This document shows positions 40,549-55,205 of a DNA stretch of 64,000 bases, piece by piece. Position 1 is the stretch's first letter; each line of letters begins with the position of its first letter. Source of the stretch: Piromyces finnis finn (lineage: Eukaryota > Fungi > Neocallimastigomycota); assembly GCA_002104945.1 (NCBI GenBank), contig MCFH01000019.1:62001-126000 (forward strand), in the 5' to 3' direction. The notes under the pieces are model-generated. The model did not search any database. It saw nothing but the letters and a program-made list of their open reading frames with translations, and was not told where the DNA came from. The translations under genes and the position numbers were made by a program.

Positions 40549-41114
40549 GTTTTGATTCAGATGAAAAACAGTATTATAAAACAAAAATGAAAGAAATTAT
40601 AGATCCTACGATTAAGGATCCAAAACTCTTTATTCAAGAGGATAAAAAATTGAAAAAAGTGGTTCGAAGCATTCCACCTCCATCACCATTATCAGAAGTT
40701 AATATTAAGAAGAAACCGATTCAGTATGCCTATGAAATAGGAAATTCTATTCAATTACAAAATTTACAAAATGAATTTTTACAAGAAAAAAAAAAGATTG
40801 AAAGATTAGAAAAAGTTGTAAAAGAAGTGACACGCCAAAGAATTGAGGAGGAAGAAGAAAAAACATCAGAAAATTCAGAATATAGTATTGAAATAGCGAT
40901 TAAAAATGGACTATATAATTCTGAAATTATTCATAGTCCGACAAAAATATCAAATAGTAATAAGAGGATAAAATCAAAAATTTCTGGAAAAGAAGAGATA
41001 AGTAAAAATAATAAGAAAAAAAAACGGAAAGAAAATTTAAAAATTAATGAAGTTAAAAAAGATAATAACAGTAATAATAAAAGTAAAAACAACAACAATA
41101 ACAATAACAATAAC

Positions 41115-41205
<91 letters not shown>

Positions 41206-43897
41206 GTGGTGGTTATCGCCAAGAAGATAAACCTTCAAATTTTAAAGAAAAAATACGAATGGATATTGTAAAAAAAAATAAAGATGGAACATATGAAACC
41301 ATTCAATCTATCGATCCAAGAGATTTTATAACCTATTCCACTACCAAAACCAAAAAAAACGGAACAAAACATGATGAAGAAGAAGAAGAAGAAGAAGAAA
41401 GATGTTTAAATTACAATATAAAAATTAGAAATAAAGAGAATTATCCCAACAATACTGATGAAAATTCTATTATGGATAAAAGAATTCCAATGAAAAGAAA
41501 AGAAAAGATAAATTCTAAAAGAAATAAAAGTAATAATGAAAATGGTAATAGACCACAACACCTTCCCACAACCAAGAATGCATCTCCTATTAATTTAAAT
41601 AGTATTGGTTCACCCTCTTCTTTAGGCTATATGAATGTTCCTAAAACAACGGTTATTAGTCAATATTTTAGTCCAAAGGAGAAAGATATAGAGAAAAAAA
41701 GAAAGCCATGGAAGCATCAAATTATCCATACAAAACTTAATAAAGAAGATGGGATTGATAATGATGCCAAAAGAGGTAAGCAGAATAAAAAAAGTCAAAA
41801 GCATTCAACACGAATATTAGGTAAAGAAAGAAAAGAAAATGACCTCTGTGAAGAATACGATGAAAGAGAGGATGATAGAATACAAAAAGGAAAGGATGAA
41901 CATGATGAAAGTTTTGAGTATACAAAAAATAATTTAACTGCTCATACAAGTACTTTGATTCAATATCTTAATGATATCAGCCCAATAATGGAAAAAGAAA
42001 AGAATTATAAATATAAATTTGAAAAAGAAGATAATAATAATAAATTCGAATATAACATTGTTAATGATAATGCTATTGATAATGATGATGATAATGACAA
42101 TGATGATAATGATGATAGGAGTAATGATGATATTGAATGTATAGAATATAGGGATAATAAGAATACTAATTATAAAAAAGGAAATAGGAGAATTGATCAT
42201 TATAAAACCTTGGACAAAGAAATGATCCTTCATTACGATAATGATAAGAAGAAGAAATCGAATAATTATAATAATTTAAAACGATATAAAAGTAACCTGG
42301 AAAAAGATAATTTATTTAAAGAAGTTGAATTATATTATAATAATTATGGTAAAAATTATTTTAATAGTATAACAGAAAAGAAGGTTAAGGATCGATATGC
42401 AAGGAACAATAAGAATAATAATATACAAAAATTAAATATAAAAACGCCTAATAATTACGGTGATGATGCTGATAATGATGATGAAAATCATAATAATAAT
42501 TTAATTATAAATGAAAATAGTATAGAAATAGAAAGAATTGATAAGGATATCAATAATGAACATTATATAAAAAAGAATGATTATATTGAAGAAGAAGAAG
42601 AAGAAGAAGAAGAAGAAGAAGAAAGAGATTATGAATCATATGATGCTATCGATAATGAAAATAAAAATATGGATTTGAGAAGCAAAGAGTTTAACAAAAA
42701 TATTAGTGAAGATGATACTGAAGAAAAAATCCATGGTAGAAATAAGGAAGAAGAAGAATATCAACCTTTCAACGATCATAACTTATCAAACATTGCCCAG
42801 AGAAAACAAATGAAAAAAGGCTATTCCTTAAATGATTTAAATAAGGGTTCAAAAAAGGTTAGTTTATCGGCATCTCGGTTGATCAACAAAAGTGATAATT
42901 TTATTAATTCAAAGAAAAAAAATAAAAAGTATTATGGAGAATATGAGGGATTTTCAGATGAAGAAAACTCATCTACTACGGATGTAAAGAGGTTGAATCC
43001 GAATAATGAAAGTAAGGATCAAAAATCTTCTTCTAATCGCTCGTTAGCCACTAAAGAAAAAAAAATTATATTACCATCGTATAAAGAACTTTATTGTATA
43101 TCTAAAACAGCATCTAATATTGATTATATAGTAAATAAAGAAAAAAATGAAAATGCCTATGGAATAAATATAATAAATAATACTGAAGTGTATCCAGAAA
43201 ACGATGGTAAGGAAGACTTTAATGAAAGTGAAACAACCCATTCATCGGATGAAAATATGAATTATTATTCTGATACACAATTGATAGAACAAAGACAACG
43301 AAGAAATAGGAGGGTCACCAGACAGATTAGATACAAGGAAAATAATTTAAAAGAACAAGAGGATCAGCATCGTCTAAAATATGAAAAATTTACTAATAAG
43401 AGCGTCTCTATTCCAAAACAATATGAAAAAATAGATAATGAAGAAGATATTTATGAACATGAGACTAACAAAATTAATAAAAATAATTTAATAAAAAGAA
43501 GATTAAGTAGAAAAAATAAATATAGGTTATCAAATGAAAATGTCAACTATAATAATAATAGTAATAATAATAATAATGAGTATAATGAAGTTAGTAAACA
43601 AAATAATAATGATGATGATGATGATGATGATAAAAACAGTAGTAATAATCATAAAAGATATGAGTATATCGAAAGATATAATAACAACCAAAATAATAGA
43701 TATAAATATAATAGAGAATATAATAATGATTATAATGATAATGATGAAGAAGAGTATAACGGAAATGATGAATTTTATGAAAATGATGGATATTATGAAC
43801 ACTATAATGATTATAATGAAAATGATGAGTGTAATGATCATTATAAATATAAGAATAGATATGATGATGATGCTGATGTTGATGATGATGTTGATGT

Positions 43898-43932
<35 letters not shown>

Positions 43933-44645
43933 GTAATGATGAAGATAACTTTTCTGAACAAAAAGATGGCAAAAGAAATAGAAGAGATGATGTTTTTAAT
44001 ATGTTAGAGGAAGATGAAGATTCAATGTTAGTTGGTTCACCTCAAAAAAGAAATAATTATTATTATCAAAATTCCAATTGTGGTATTGATAAAACAAATT
44101 ATTATTTAGATAACAAGAATGATACAATTAAAAAAGAAAATGATGATTTTAGTTCGTATATAGAAAATTCAGAAATTTCTAGTCATACTTCTTTTAATGA
44201 GGACCCTGATGAAAGTATTAGGGAATCTCGTACAACACCAAATCAAAAAAACTTATCAATAAACTATAAAAATAACGGTAGCAATACCAACGACAAAAGA
44301 TTACGATCAAATACATACATAAATGATGAAACTAACATTCAATTAAAAAAGATTATTAAAGAAGAGATTAAAAAAAATTTCAAAATTAAAAAGGATGTCT
44401 CCAAATACAAAACTCCCACAACCATCAATTCCTCATCCCAAAGTATATCCTATTATAATTCTAATTTAAATGATGATGATAATGACTATATCCATTCTAC
44501 CAATAAATCATTCCATTCAACGCATTATACAATAAATAAGAATAAGGGGGATATTGAATCTGAAACAGAAAATGATGAAGCCATTATGCTAATGAATCCA
44601 TATTTTTATCAATCCAATAGCTCAAGTTCATATTACTATAGATAA
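36128..44645 (+). CDS. Giant low-complexity Asn/Asp/Glu/Lys-rich protein, 3 exons, 2756 aa, with N-terminal hinderin/KIAA1328-like motif
   Basis: Exons 36128-36515, 36648-36727 and 36843-44645 join in frame; the last exon is a 7.8-kb open frame. The motif MKDLCTSDKEKLAKLITKLA followed by a coiled coil resembles KIAA1328 (from memory). Function is otherwise unassigned. Confidence 0.8.
37775..37904 (+). repeat. 52-bp coding duplication (KVNSFDNNLHSGKVDSY x2), period 78 nt
   Basis: Identical segments at 37775-37826 and 37853-37904. Confidence 0.9.
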
Positions 44646-44767
44646 AAGTAAAATACATTATTTTAAATAATTAAGAAAAAAAATTTTTTTTTATAATGGA
44701 TTATATATATATTTTTAAAATATTAAAAGGATTAAAACTTTTTTTTTTTTGATATTAAAAAAATAGC

Positions 44768-44977
<210 letters not shown>

Positions 44978-45635
44978 AATAAATGATACTATCAATATAA
45001 AAATTATAAATACTATTTTTTTTTCTAATATTTTTTTTAACAGTAAGGAAAAAAAGAAAAATAAGCTTTATTTTTGTTTAAAAAAAATTTTTTTTTCTCA
45101 AATTTTTAAAAACCATAATATTTGTTAATCTTCATTTATACTTTTCAATTTTATTTTTTTTAACAAAAAGATAAAAAAAAAAAAAGGTATGATATTATCA
45201 TGATTATTTGACGATTTTTTTTCTAAATAAATTTATATTCTTATACTATGATAATAAAAATATACAAAAAATGTACTTTTTTTTTTTTTTTGTTTTTGTT
45301 TTCATAATAGGCATTATAATTTTTTTTTTTTTAAATTTTTAAACTCTATTTTATTTAGCTCAGAAATCTTATTTTTTTAACTTTATTTTTAAATCTTTTG
45401 CATCGCTCTAACAATTAATGATAATAATTTTAAATAGATAAATATTTTATCTTTTTAATATTTCAAATAAAAATTCTTTTCTATTTAATTTAGATGTTAC
45501 ATTATTAATCTTTTTCTTTTTTTTTTTCTTTTTTTTTACAATAGATTATTTTAAATTAATAAATATAAATTATATAAAAAAAATTTGAAAATCAACAGAT
45601 TCAATAAATTTATATATTATATTTAATAGTATGAA

Positions 45636-47072
45636 ATGAGACCTTACGCTACATTTGCAGCATTTTTTCCTTTTCTTATTGGTGGCATTCATGCCATGAG
45701 AGATATATCCTCAAAGGATTTAGTAAAGGAATTGAAATTTGGATGGAATTTAGGAAACACATTAGAAGCTACATGTTATGATAGTATGGATTATTCCAAA
45801 GATCAAACCGCCTCCGAAACATGTTGGGAAAATGTTAAAACCACAGCCCAACTTTATAAGACATTAAGTGAAAATGGATATAATGTTTTTCGTATTCCAG
45901 TGACATGGACTGGACATTTCGGCGTAGGGCCAGATTATATCATTAATGAAAAATGGATGAAAAGAGTTCATGAAGTGGTTGATTATGCCATTAATACTGG
46001 TGCCTATGCCATTATTGATGTTCATCATGAAAATTGGAATTACGCTTTTAATGATAATTTAGAGAGAGCCAAAAAAATTGAAAAGGCATTATGGACACAA
46101 ATTGCTCAAGAATTTGCTGACTATGATGAACATTTAATTTTTGAATGTTTAAATGAACCAAGAAAAGTTGGATCAGAATTAGAATGGACTGGAGGGGATG
46201 ATGAAAGTTGGAATTTTATTAATGAATTAAATGCCGTTTGTATAAATGCCATTCGATCCTCCAGTGGTAATAATCCATTACGTCATATTATGATTCCAAC
46301 CTATGCCGCTAGTTTTAATGATACATCCATAGAGCATTTAAATTTACATCGAGAAGATAATAAAATTATTGTTTCCCTTCATTCTTACACTCCATATCAT
46401 TTTGCCTTGGATCAATCCGAAATGGCCTATTCAGTATATAATGATACCACTGAAATTGAAATTGATTATGTTTTGAATGGTATTTATTCCAGTTTGGTTA
46501 GTAAGAATGTTCCTGTTATTATTGGTGAATTTGGTACGGTTAATCGTAATAATTATGAAAGTCGTGTAAAATGGGCAAGATACTATGTTAAGAGAGCAAA
46601 AGCAAAAGGTTTACCATGTATTTTATGGGATAATGGTAAATTTGAAGGTAAAGGAGAACTTTTTGGACATATTGATCGTAGTACCTATGAATTTAAATTC
46701 CCTTACATTCAATATGGTTATCGTTGTGGTTTAGGTAGCATGAAATATTGTCAATTAGTACAAGAAATGAATAATCCTAAAAATAATACAATAGAGGATG
46801 ATAATAAAAATAATGAAAGTGAAAAAACAACGACCACCACTACCACAATCAATCCAACAAGTAATGCTCCAACTGCTACTACCACTACTACCATCACCCC
46901 AACTTCAACACCTGATACCAATAATACTCAAAACAATAGTACATCACCTTCAGACTCAAATGACGAATCTACCTCATCTATTGATTATCATTATGCTATT
47001 CATATGATTAAAAATATTAAATTTATTTATTTAACCTATCTTATAGCCTTCATACTAATAAATTATTATTAG
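45636..47072 (+). CDS. Glycoside hydrolase family 5 endoglucanase (GH5_4-like), secreted, Thr-rich stalk, hydrophobic GPI-like tail, 478 aa
   Basis: Intronless. Signal peptide, GWNLGNTLE, FRIPVTW, DVHHE, acid/base LNEP, HSY, nucleophile IIGEF and LWDN. No Cys-rich dockerin is visible. Subfamily is assigned by resemblance only. Confidence 0.93.
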   Translation: MRPYATFAAFFPFLIGGIHAMRDISSKDLVKELKFGWNLGNTLEATCYDSMDYSKDQTASETCWENVKTTAQLYKTLSENGYNVFRIPVTWTGHFGVGPDYIINEKWMKRVHEVVDYAINTGAYAIIDVHHENWNYAFNDNLERAKKIEKALWTQIAQEFADYDEHLIFECLNEPRKVGSELEWTGGDDESWNFINELNAVCINAIRSSSGNNPLRHIMIPTYAASFNDTSIEHLNLHREDNKIIVSLHSYTPYHFALDQSEMAYSVYNDTTEIEIDYVLNGIYSSLVSKNVPVIIGEFGTVNRNNYESRVKWARYYVKRAKAKGLPCILWDNGKFEGKGELFGHIDRSTYEFKFPYIQYGYRCGLGSMKYCQLVQEMNNPKNNTIEDDNKNNESEKTTTTTTTINPTSNAPTATTTTTITPTSTPDTNNTQNNSTSPSDSNDESTSSIDYHYAIHMIKNIKFIYLTYLIAFILINYY

Positions 47073-49008
47073 TATAATAGTATCAAATTATTTTTTTTTT
47101 AAATATATATCTATGTATTCATAACAATACATCATACTATAGATAAATAGTTTAGAAGAATAAAAACAATAATTATATTATAAAAAAAAGAACTAATAAA
47201 AAAATATATATTACAAATATTATAAAGTGAAGATAAAAATGTATTTCAAATTGATATATATTACATTTTTCATTCATAAATCATATCTTTTTTTTTTATT
47301 CATTACTATAGTTTTTATCCTTATTATTATTAATAATATATGTATATAGAATGTAGGTATGTAAAAAATATGTATATGATACTATTGATAATATTATTAT
47401 TTTATATATATAACCCATTATTTATTTAAATATTCATTTATAAAAATTTAATTATTATGAGAATATAAACAATCCTATATTATAATTTATTCTCATTATA
47501 TTCCAATATATATTAATTGAAGGTTTAATACAAAAGTAATATAATTATTACCATAAAAGGCATTTTATTTAAATATTTTTTATCCTTTCTGGACATTTAA
47601 TTCTAAAAAAAAATATTAAAAGTGTTTAATTTATTTATTGTTACACAAGTATAATAAAGGCAAAACCCTTTTTGTCTTGGTAAAATCCAAGGAATAAAAA
47701 AAAATTATATTTAAATAGTGAATTATTTTAAAAAAAAAAAAAAAAGATTTAAAAGTAAGAAGAACATTCAATCAATCCATTTTTTTTTTAAATGCATTTC
47801 TTAGTGCATTTTTTTTTGTTGCTGGCATATTACAATAGAATTAAGACAATAGTATTCATATATTAGAGTTAAATGGCTATTTGATAATAAAGGTATCATC
47901 TGACTATGCATTAATAATCCTAAGGAAGGAATAATAATTATTTATTATGAAGAAAAAGAAGAAAAATATTTTACATTTTTAAAATCTTTTTTTTTTTTAT
48001 TTCTTTTATAAAAGAAATAGATTATTTGTTGTTATTATTACTATTGTTTGTTTATTATTATAAATGGAGATTTCTTTATTATTTCTTTTTCTACTCCTAC
48101 AATTTTTATATATTTTTTATTTATATATGTATTGAATTGTAGTAAAACGTAGAATGTGGCCATCGTTCTGATTTATTCCACCAATAATCAATGCATTTCT
48201 TTACACATTTTTTTTTTACCTTTTTTTTTTTTAATAAATCAATGATAGGAATTTAATTAAACAATTCTTTTTACAAAACATACGCCATGATATTTAAAAT
48301 AAAGTTTCAATAAATACATGTGTTTTTTTAATATATATTAAAAAAGAAAAGGAAAGGAAAGGAAAAAAAAAGGTTTTGATTATTAACTTTATCTAACATT
48401 GAAGTTAAGGTTTACAAGTGAACTATTGAGTATGGATATGAAAAGAAAAAAGATTTTTTTTGCAAAAGACAAGAAATCATTTATAATAAATTGGCAAAAA
48501 AATTTTTTTAAAAGTGATAATCCATTAATTAAATAAATAAAGATAGAATGATTGTATTATAGAAAGTGATAGTGATAAAATCATTATTACTAATAAACAA
48601 TTATTACTATACCTCAGACATAAATTGGTATATTAAATAGAAAATCATAAATAAAATAATATTAAAGAATTCAAATGACAATATTTTACAATATAATTTT
48701 ATAGTTTGTTGATTTTTAATAATCATAAAAGCAAGTCATTCTGAATTTATATATAATGAAAGTTAAAAGTAATAATAATAAGCGCATAATCATTATGATT
48801 AAAATTAATATTTACTCAGCTCATTTATCATTATTATTTAATAATAATAGTGATGATAAAATATTTTGTATGATACTTTATAATAAAAAGAATAATAATT
48901 AGTTAAAGTATAACCTATTATATATTTATTAATTAATAATACATTAATAATTAATATTAATTAATAACCTATATTGTATATTTACTACTTTTATATTCTT
49001 GTATATAT

Positions 49009-49010
<2 letters not shown>

Positions 49011-49075
<65 letters not shown>
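49011..49075. repeat. (AAT)n microsatellite
   Basis: Perfect run of about 21 units. Confidence 0.95.
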
Positions 49076-49078
<3 letters not shown>

Positions 49079-51524
49079 TAATAATAAAAAGAATACCTAG
49101 TTACCTTTAAATTAATATTCACTTTGTAATAATTAATAAATTATTATTATTATTATTCTAATAATTAATTATTATTGTTATTAATTATTCTAATTATTAA
49201 TTATTATTTATATTAAATATTAATTAGAATGATTAATATTCATTATATTAATTTTTATAATATTTTCTAAATGTAACACTTTTGGAAGATGAAAAAGAGA
49301 ATGTATTATTATCTAGAATATTTTTTTTAAAAATCTATATGCCTATTTTCATATATTTTAGACCTTTACTTATAACCTTTCTTTAGGTAAAAAGGATTAA
49401 AATTTAAAAAAAGAATAAAGTTAAAAAAGGGGAGGATCCAAAAAAAAAAAAAAAAAAAAAAATTGGCCAGGAGTTATAAACAAAAACTTTAAAATTTCAG
49501 GTGAAATTTTGGCTAAAAATATTTAATAAATATTAAAGTTTTTTTTATATTAAAAATTAAATTCATTTTAATTTAAAAAAAAAAACAAAAACAAAAACAA
49601 AAAATAAACACAAAATAAATTACAATCTATTCAATCTTTACATAAATGTACTTGACAACGTGATCATCATTCAATAAATGCATTCTTTATGAGATGTCAT
49701 TTTATTAATAAATAGATAAAGTTAAAAATGATTTAACTATTAATATATATAAAATATATTAACAATTATTTTTTTTATAGTATCAAATATATTAAATCCA
49801 TTGTATAGTGTATTGTAATATATTTAATATTTGAATAATAACTATCGATTCTAAAAAGTTTTTTTTTTTACTTTATATAAATATTATTTATTAATAATAT
49901 ATAGTACAATATATTATTTATTATCATTTTACCAATACTTTTAATTTATTATAATAATATAATACCGCAAATAACATTAATTAATTTATAAAAATCATAT
50001 TGATATTTTTTAATTTAAATAAATTAAATATATTAATGATTGCAATATTTAATATATAAGATGTATAATTAATCTATATATTAATTATATCTAAATAAAT
50101 TAAAAATTGTTAGTACGACATTGAATAACTATAATATATAACAATATATTAGACATTATATGATACTAAATATATTATTATACATTGAGAATACTATTTA
50201 ATTTTTCCTTTGATATTATTAATATATTTCAATTGACTTCAGATTTATTTTGTTATTATAAACCAAATTTTCGCATGAAACTATTAAATTTATTTATATT
50301 AAAATATATTGAATAATATATAATATATCGATTATTATATATAATAGATACATTGAAATATATATTTCCTTATTTAATTTTCTTTTGCAACTATTTTTTA
50401 AATTTTTATTTATAAAGGAATAAACAACATAGTATACAATGTAATATATAATGTAATATACAATGTAATGTAATATAATATATAGAACAATATAATAAAT
50501 CAATGTGATATATTTATTTATTTATAATCATTATTTTATTATTACTATTAAATTTTGATATGTTTTTTGTTAGAGATAAGTTTTATATTTAATAAGGTTT
50601 TATTTTTTAATTTATTTTTTATAAAGTTTAAATTTATTTAAATTTATAATAAATAAAGTTTAAATATCGAAAACCAAAAAAAAAAAAAAATTCTTTTTTT
50701 TTCTCAAAAATATTTATTAATATTTATTATTAAAAAAAAAAATTATATATTTATACTAAAATTTTCTTTTTTTTTTTTTTTTTTTACTGTTTACTTTTTA
50801 ACCTTTCTTTATAATAATTTATTATTATTAATTTTTTTTTTTTGATATTTATTATATATCTTTTTTTTGTATTGAATATATAATAAATACAAAAAAAAAA
50901 AAAAACCTACACCTACATCTATACCTACCTACTATATATAATAACATATTACACCTTTACATTCATATATATATAATATATATAACAGTAAAAAAAAATA
51001 ATAATAAAATTTTTTTATACCATTTAATTGACATTTTAATTCAATTTCTGTACTCTAAAAATATTACAATTTTTCTTTGTTTTGAATAGATAACAACATA
51101 ATCATAATAAAAAAGTATATATCTTATTTTTAAACATATTCAACAATAATTTAAATATATATTTTAAAATTTTCAAAAAAATAAATAACAAGTTAACAAA
51201 TACTTTTTCAAACCTCATTATTTTTAGTATATAATTCATAGTACTTTTTTTTTTTTTTCAAAATTAAATTTACTAATTCAAATAAATTCATATTTATATG
51301 TTTATTTTATAAAATAAAATTTCTTTTTTTTTTTTTAAATAAATTCAATAAATTTGTATTAAAAAGGTAAATATTATTATTAAATATCATAATATTATAT
51401 AAAATTTAATTGAATTTTGTTAAATGTAAACATAATAACAATAAATTTTATATATATTTTATATTGGGATATATATTAAAATTAAATAAAAATATTTAAA
51501 TGTTTATTTTTTATATATATATAG

Positions 51525-53464
51525 ATGGCTGATAATTATTCTATGTTTTCTGCATTAAGTGATGTTACTGAAGACTTATCAGAACTCACTTTAAAAATGG
51601 AAAGTCAAGAATTTAAAGAAAAGAAACACAAGTCTCATTCAGTTCACAATCTTAGTACTAATGATAATTCAAGTATTCACAGTAAAAATCATAGAAAGAA
51701 TAATAGTAATGCTAGTAACTTATTAAGTCCACCATGGGAAAAAAAACATAACAGAAGATCTTTATCTGACGGTGGTTGGAATATTAAAAAAGAGTAAGCG
51801 TTTTTTTTTATATTAAAGCAGTAGTTGTTTATGGAATAAACATATAAAATTTTAGTATATTAGAATGAAAATTTAAAAAAGTTTACTGCCATGTTAAAAA
51901 AAAGAAATACATTTTAGAAAAGATATATAAAAAATAATAAAATTATTAGTTGATTAAAAGAAAAATTTTAAGGATAGAATTATTAATTTTTATCAACTTT
52001 TATATACAATAAAATAAAAAAAATTTTTTTATTAGAAATCCTACAAAGACTGATAAAAATGAAAAGAATTCAAGTACAAATACTTTAAAAACTGAAAGTA
52101 AGGATGATCTTTCAAGAACTCCATCTTTACCATCAAAGTGGTCTATTAAGCGTGCTACATTATATAAAACTGAATTATGTAGAGCTTTTGAAGAAACTGG
52201 TAAATGTAAATTTGGTGATGAATGTATTTTTGCTCACAGTGAAGAAGAATTAAGACCACGTGTCGACAGACACCCAAAATATAAGACTAGAATTTGTAGA
52301 ACTTTCTGGGAACAAGGTGAATGTCCATACGGTAAACGTTGCTGCTTTATTCACACTGAAAGAGATATTACTCATCCTGACGACTTCTCTGTATTTGAAG
52401 CTCAAATGCAACAACAATTAAATAGTAATTTATCTGCTTCTTCATTACTTAATGGTAGTCATAGAAGAATGCAATCTGCTCCTGAAATTGTTCATAAGCA
52501 TAGACCATCTAATTCATCTGATACTTTCATGGGTGGTATTTACGCAATGACTCCATTAGATCGTAGATCTCTTCATTCAGAAAAATCTTCAATTCGTAGT
52601 TTTGATACTACTAAAGAAACTAGTAAATTAAAGGAAGAAATAAAAATTAGTAATGGTAGTAGTGATGAAGAAAGTGCTAGTGAAAGCGGAAATGCAACTC
52701 CAAGTGTCGTTCTTATGGATGAAACTGGTAGTATCACTGAAATCATTAAGAAGCCAAAGAAGACTCAAAGAATTACTAAATTATTAAAGGTTGGTCACAA
52801 GAGTAACAACAACACTACCACTACTACAACTAATAGTAACAACAACTTAGATGTAAATTTAATAAAGAGTGAAAGTGCTGAAGGAAAGAACAAAAGTAAG
52901 TGGTTTAGCCGTAACAAGAATAACCAAAACAAGGAACAAAAGGAAAAGAAGAGTAAGGAAGAATCAACTTCAACTGGTAGAAAGATTCTTTCCTTTGGAC
53001 GTAAAGATAAAGATAAGGAAAAGGATCAAAACGAAAAACCAGAAAAGGAAAAGTACTCTAAATTCTTCCCATTTGTTCGTCACAATAATAATGATAATAA
53101 TGAAGCTTACTCTACTCCATCTGCTACTCCACCACCACTTTCAACCTATGATTTCCCAATTAATACTAATGGATTAAGTGTACCTCCACCATTACCTTCC
53201 CCACCTTTAGAAAAGACTTCTAATCTTTTAGCTGCTGATGCCTTATTTGGTAACACTGAACCAGCTACTCAAGCTGATGAAAAGCCAAAGACAGAAGAAG
53301 TTGCCCCAGAAACTAAGGACAAGAAGAAGAATAAGAATTTAATTATTGATGCTTCTCAACCAATAAAGATTGAAGAAGTTTCTTCCCCACGTCGTTTCAT
53401 TCCAAACTTTTTACTTTCTGCTATTTCTAAGAGTAACTCTCAAAAAGAAAAAGAAGAAAAATAA
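51525..53464 (+). CDS. Tandem CCCH zinc-finger ARE-binding protein (TTP/Zfs1/Cth family), 2 exons, 565 aa
   Basis: Exons 51525-51793 and 52036-53464. LYKTEL-C-x8-C-x5-C-x3-H and YKTRI-C-x8-C-x5-C-x3-H lie at about 52160-52363, a part missed by the ORF track. Confidence 0.93.
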
Positions 53465-55205
53465 ATTTAAAAATAACTTTTCCTTCTTCACCCTTTCAAA
53501 AAAATCTATATTTTGAAAGTCAAAAAAAAAAAAAAAATAATGTTTTCTTGAAAGGTATGAAATCAAATTTTAATTCAACTCTTCTAATCGGTAAAAATTT
53601 TGTTGGGGATAAGATAAATATTTAAGTAACTATTTAAGCATTTCTTATACATGCCTATGAAGTGATTATCTTTTAGTAAGTTGTGTTATTTTGACGGTCA
53701 TAAATCCTGCAAAAGACAAACATCTTTATTTTTTTTTGAAAAGAATATAGATTCAAAAGAAAAATCTTTTTATTTAAATTTATTTTTTATTATTATAAAT
53801 ATCAATAAGTTAAAAATTCTTCATCTTTTATGAAAATTTTATATTTTTAATATCAAAAATATAAATCAGTAAATATCTTTTCAATATCTTTCTTTTATTA
53901 ATAGTAAATATCAACCATCTTATTATTAACATAATTTATTTATAAAAATTGAATCACTATTTCACTATTTTAATTTGAAGCCTTTTTTTTCTCAACTCTA
54001 TAAATAAGAAACTAAATTAAAGGAAAAGTAAATAATGATAAAACTTCAAATGTAAAAAAAAAAAAATTATTTAAGCCATATATTTTATATTTGTTACTAT
54101 CATTATAATTATAAGAGGAAAAAAAGATTTAAAAGAAAGTGGAAAAATAGGATTACAAGTAATTTAATCATGAATGAACATAAATATTTTATACTATTTT
54201 TTTTTTTTTTTACTATTATAAACAAGCAAATAATTTTATATATATATTTATGTATTTAGATTAAGAAAACAAAACAAATTTAACTTTGAATTAATTGAAA
54301 AAAAGACAGTTTTCTATTAAATTAAAAAACGATTATTGATATATAATTAATTCAAAGTTAATATTAGAATACGAAAAATTAGACAATATTTTATATTTAG
54401 AATATGATAATTTAAATAATGAAAATTATTTTAAATATATATATATAAAATAAGATTTGTGAATCTATGCCCTTTTTATTTTATTTATTTTTTTCTTTAA
54501 AAAAAAAGGCAAAAAAAAAAAAAAATAGTTCAAAAAAAGTAAATTTATCATTTAAAACTAAACAAAACAAGAAAAAAAAAAAAAAGAATAATCTTTAAAA
54601 ATTTAAGACTTAACCATTTTTAACAAAAAATTAAACATTATTCTTTTTTAAAATCAATTTTTTCTTTATTTAAAAGAAGAAAAAAAAGAGTAAGAAAATT
54701 AAGGAATTATGTAGTTAAAGAAAAATATTCCAAAGAAAAAAACAAAAGCACAAAAGCAAAAAAAAAAGTACAGATAAAATTTATATTACTTTTTTTTAAA
54801 CGTGATTGACAATCAAAAAAAAAAAAAGCTTATAAAGCAAAAAAAAAAAAAAAAAAAAAAAAATTTATATATATTAACGCTTATTAATTATATTTTAACT
54901 ATTACAAACAATAATTTAAATTAAATAAATAACTTATATATAAAACATAAATCCATTTCTTTTTCTATGTATATTTTAATATTTATATAACAAAAACTAT
55001 TCTATGAAAGAAATTTTTTATTTTAAATATTATGAATATTAAAAATTTTTCGTGTTATTTAATTATAATAATTGTTAATTCAGTATTAAAATATAAAATA
55101 TTCCATTTTTATAACTGTTTATTATATAAATGAATTATTATCTTGGAATTGTTATCAATGGAGGGTTTATTCATCTTTGACTAATATGAATAATATTATA
55201 AAGTC

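Noticed and set aside
49430-49530. GGGGAGGATCC-polyA-TTGGCCAGGAG as a MITE/DNA-transposon end
   Set aside because: No matching inverted partner or TSD was found in the window.
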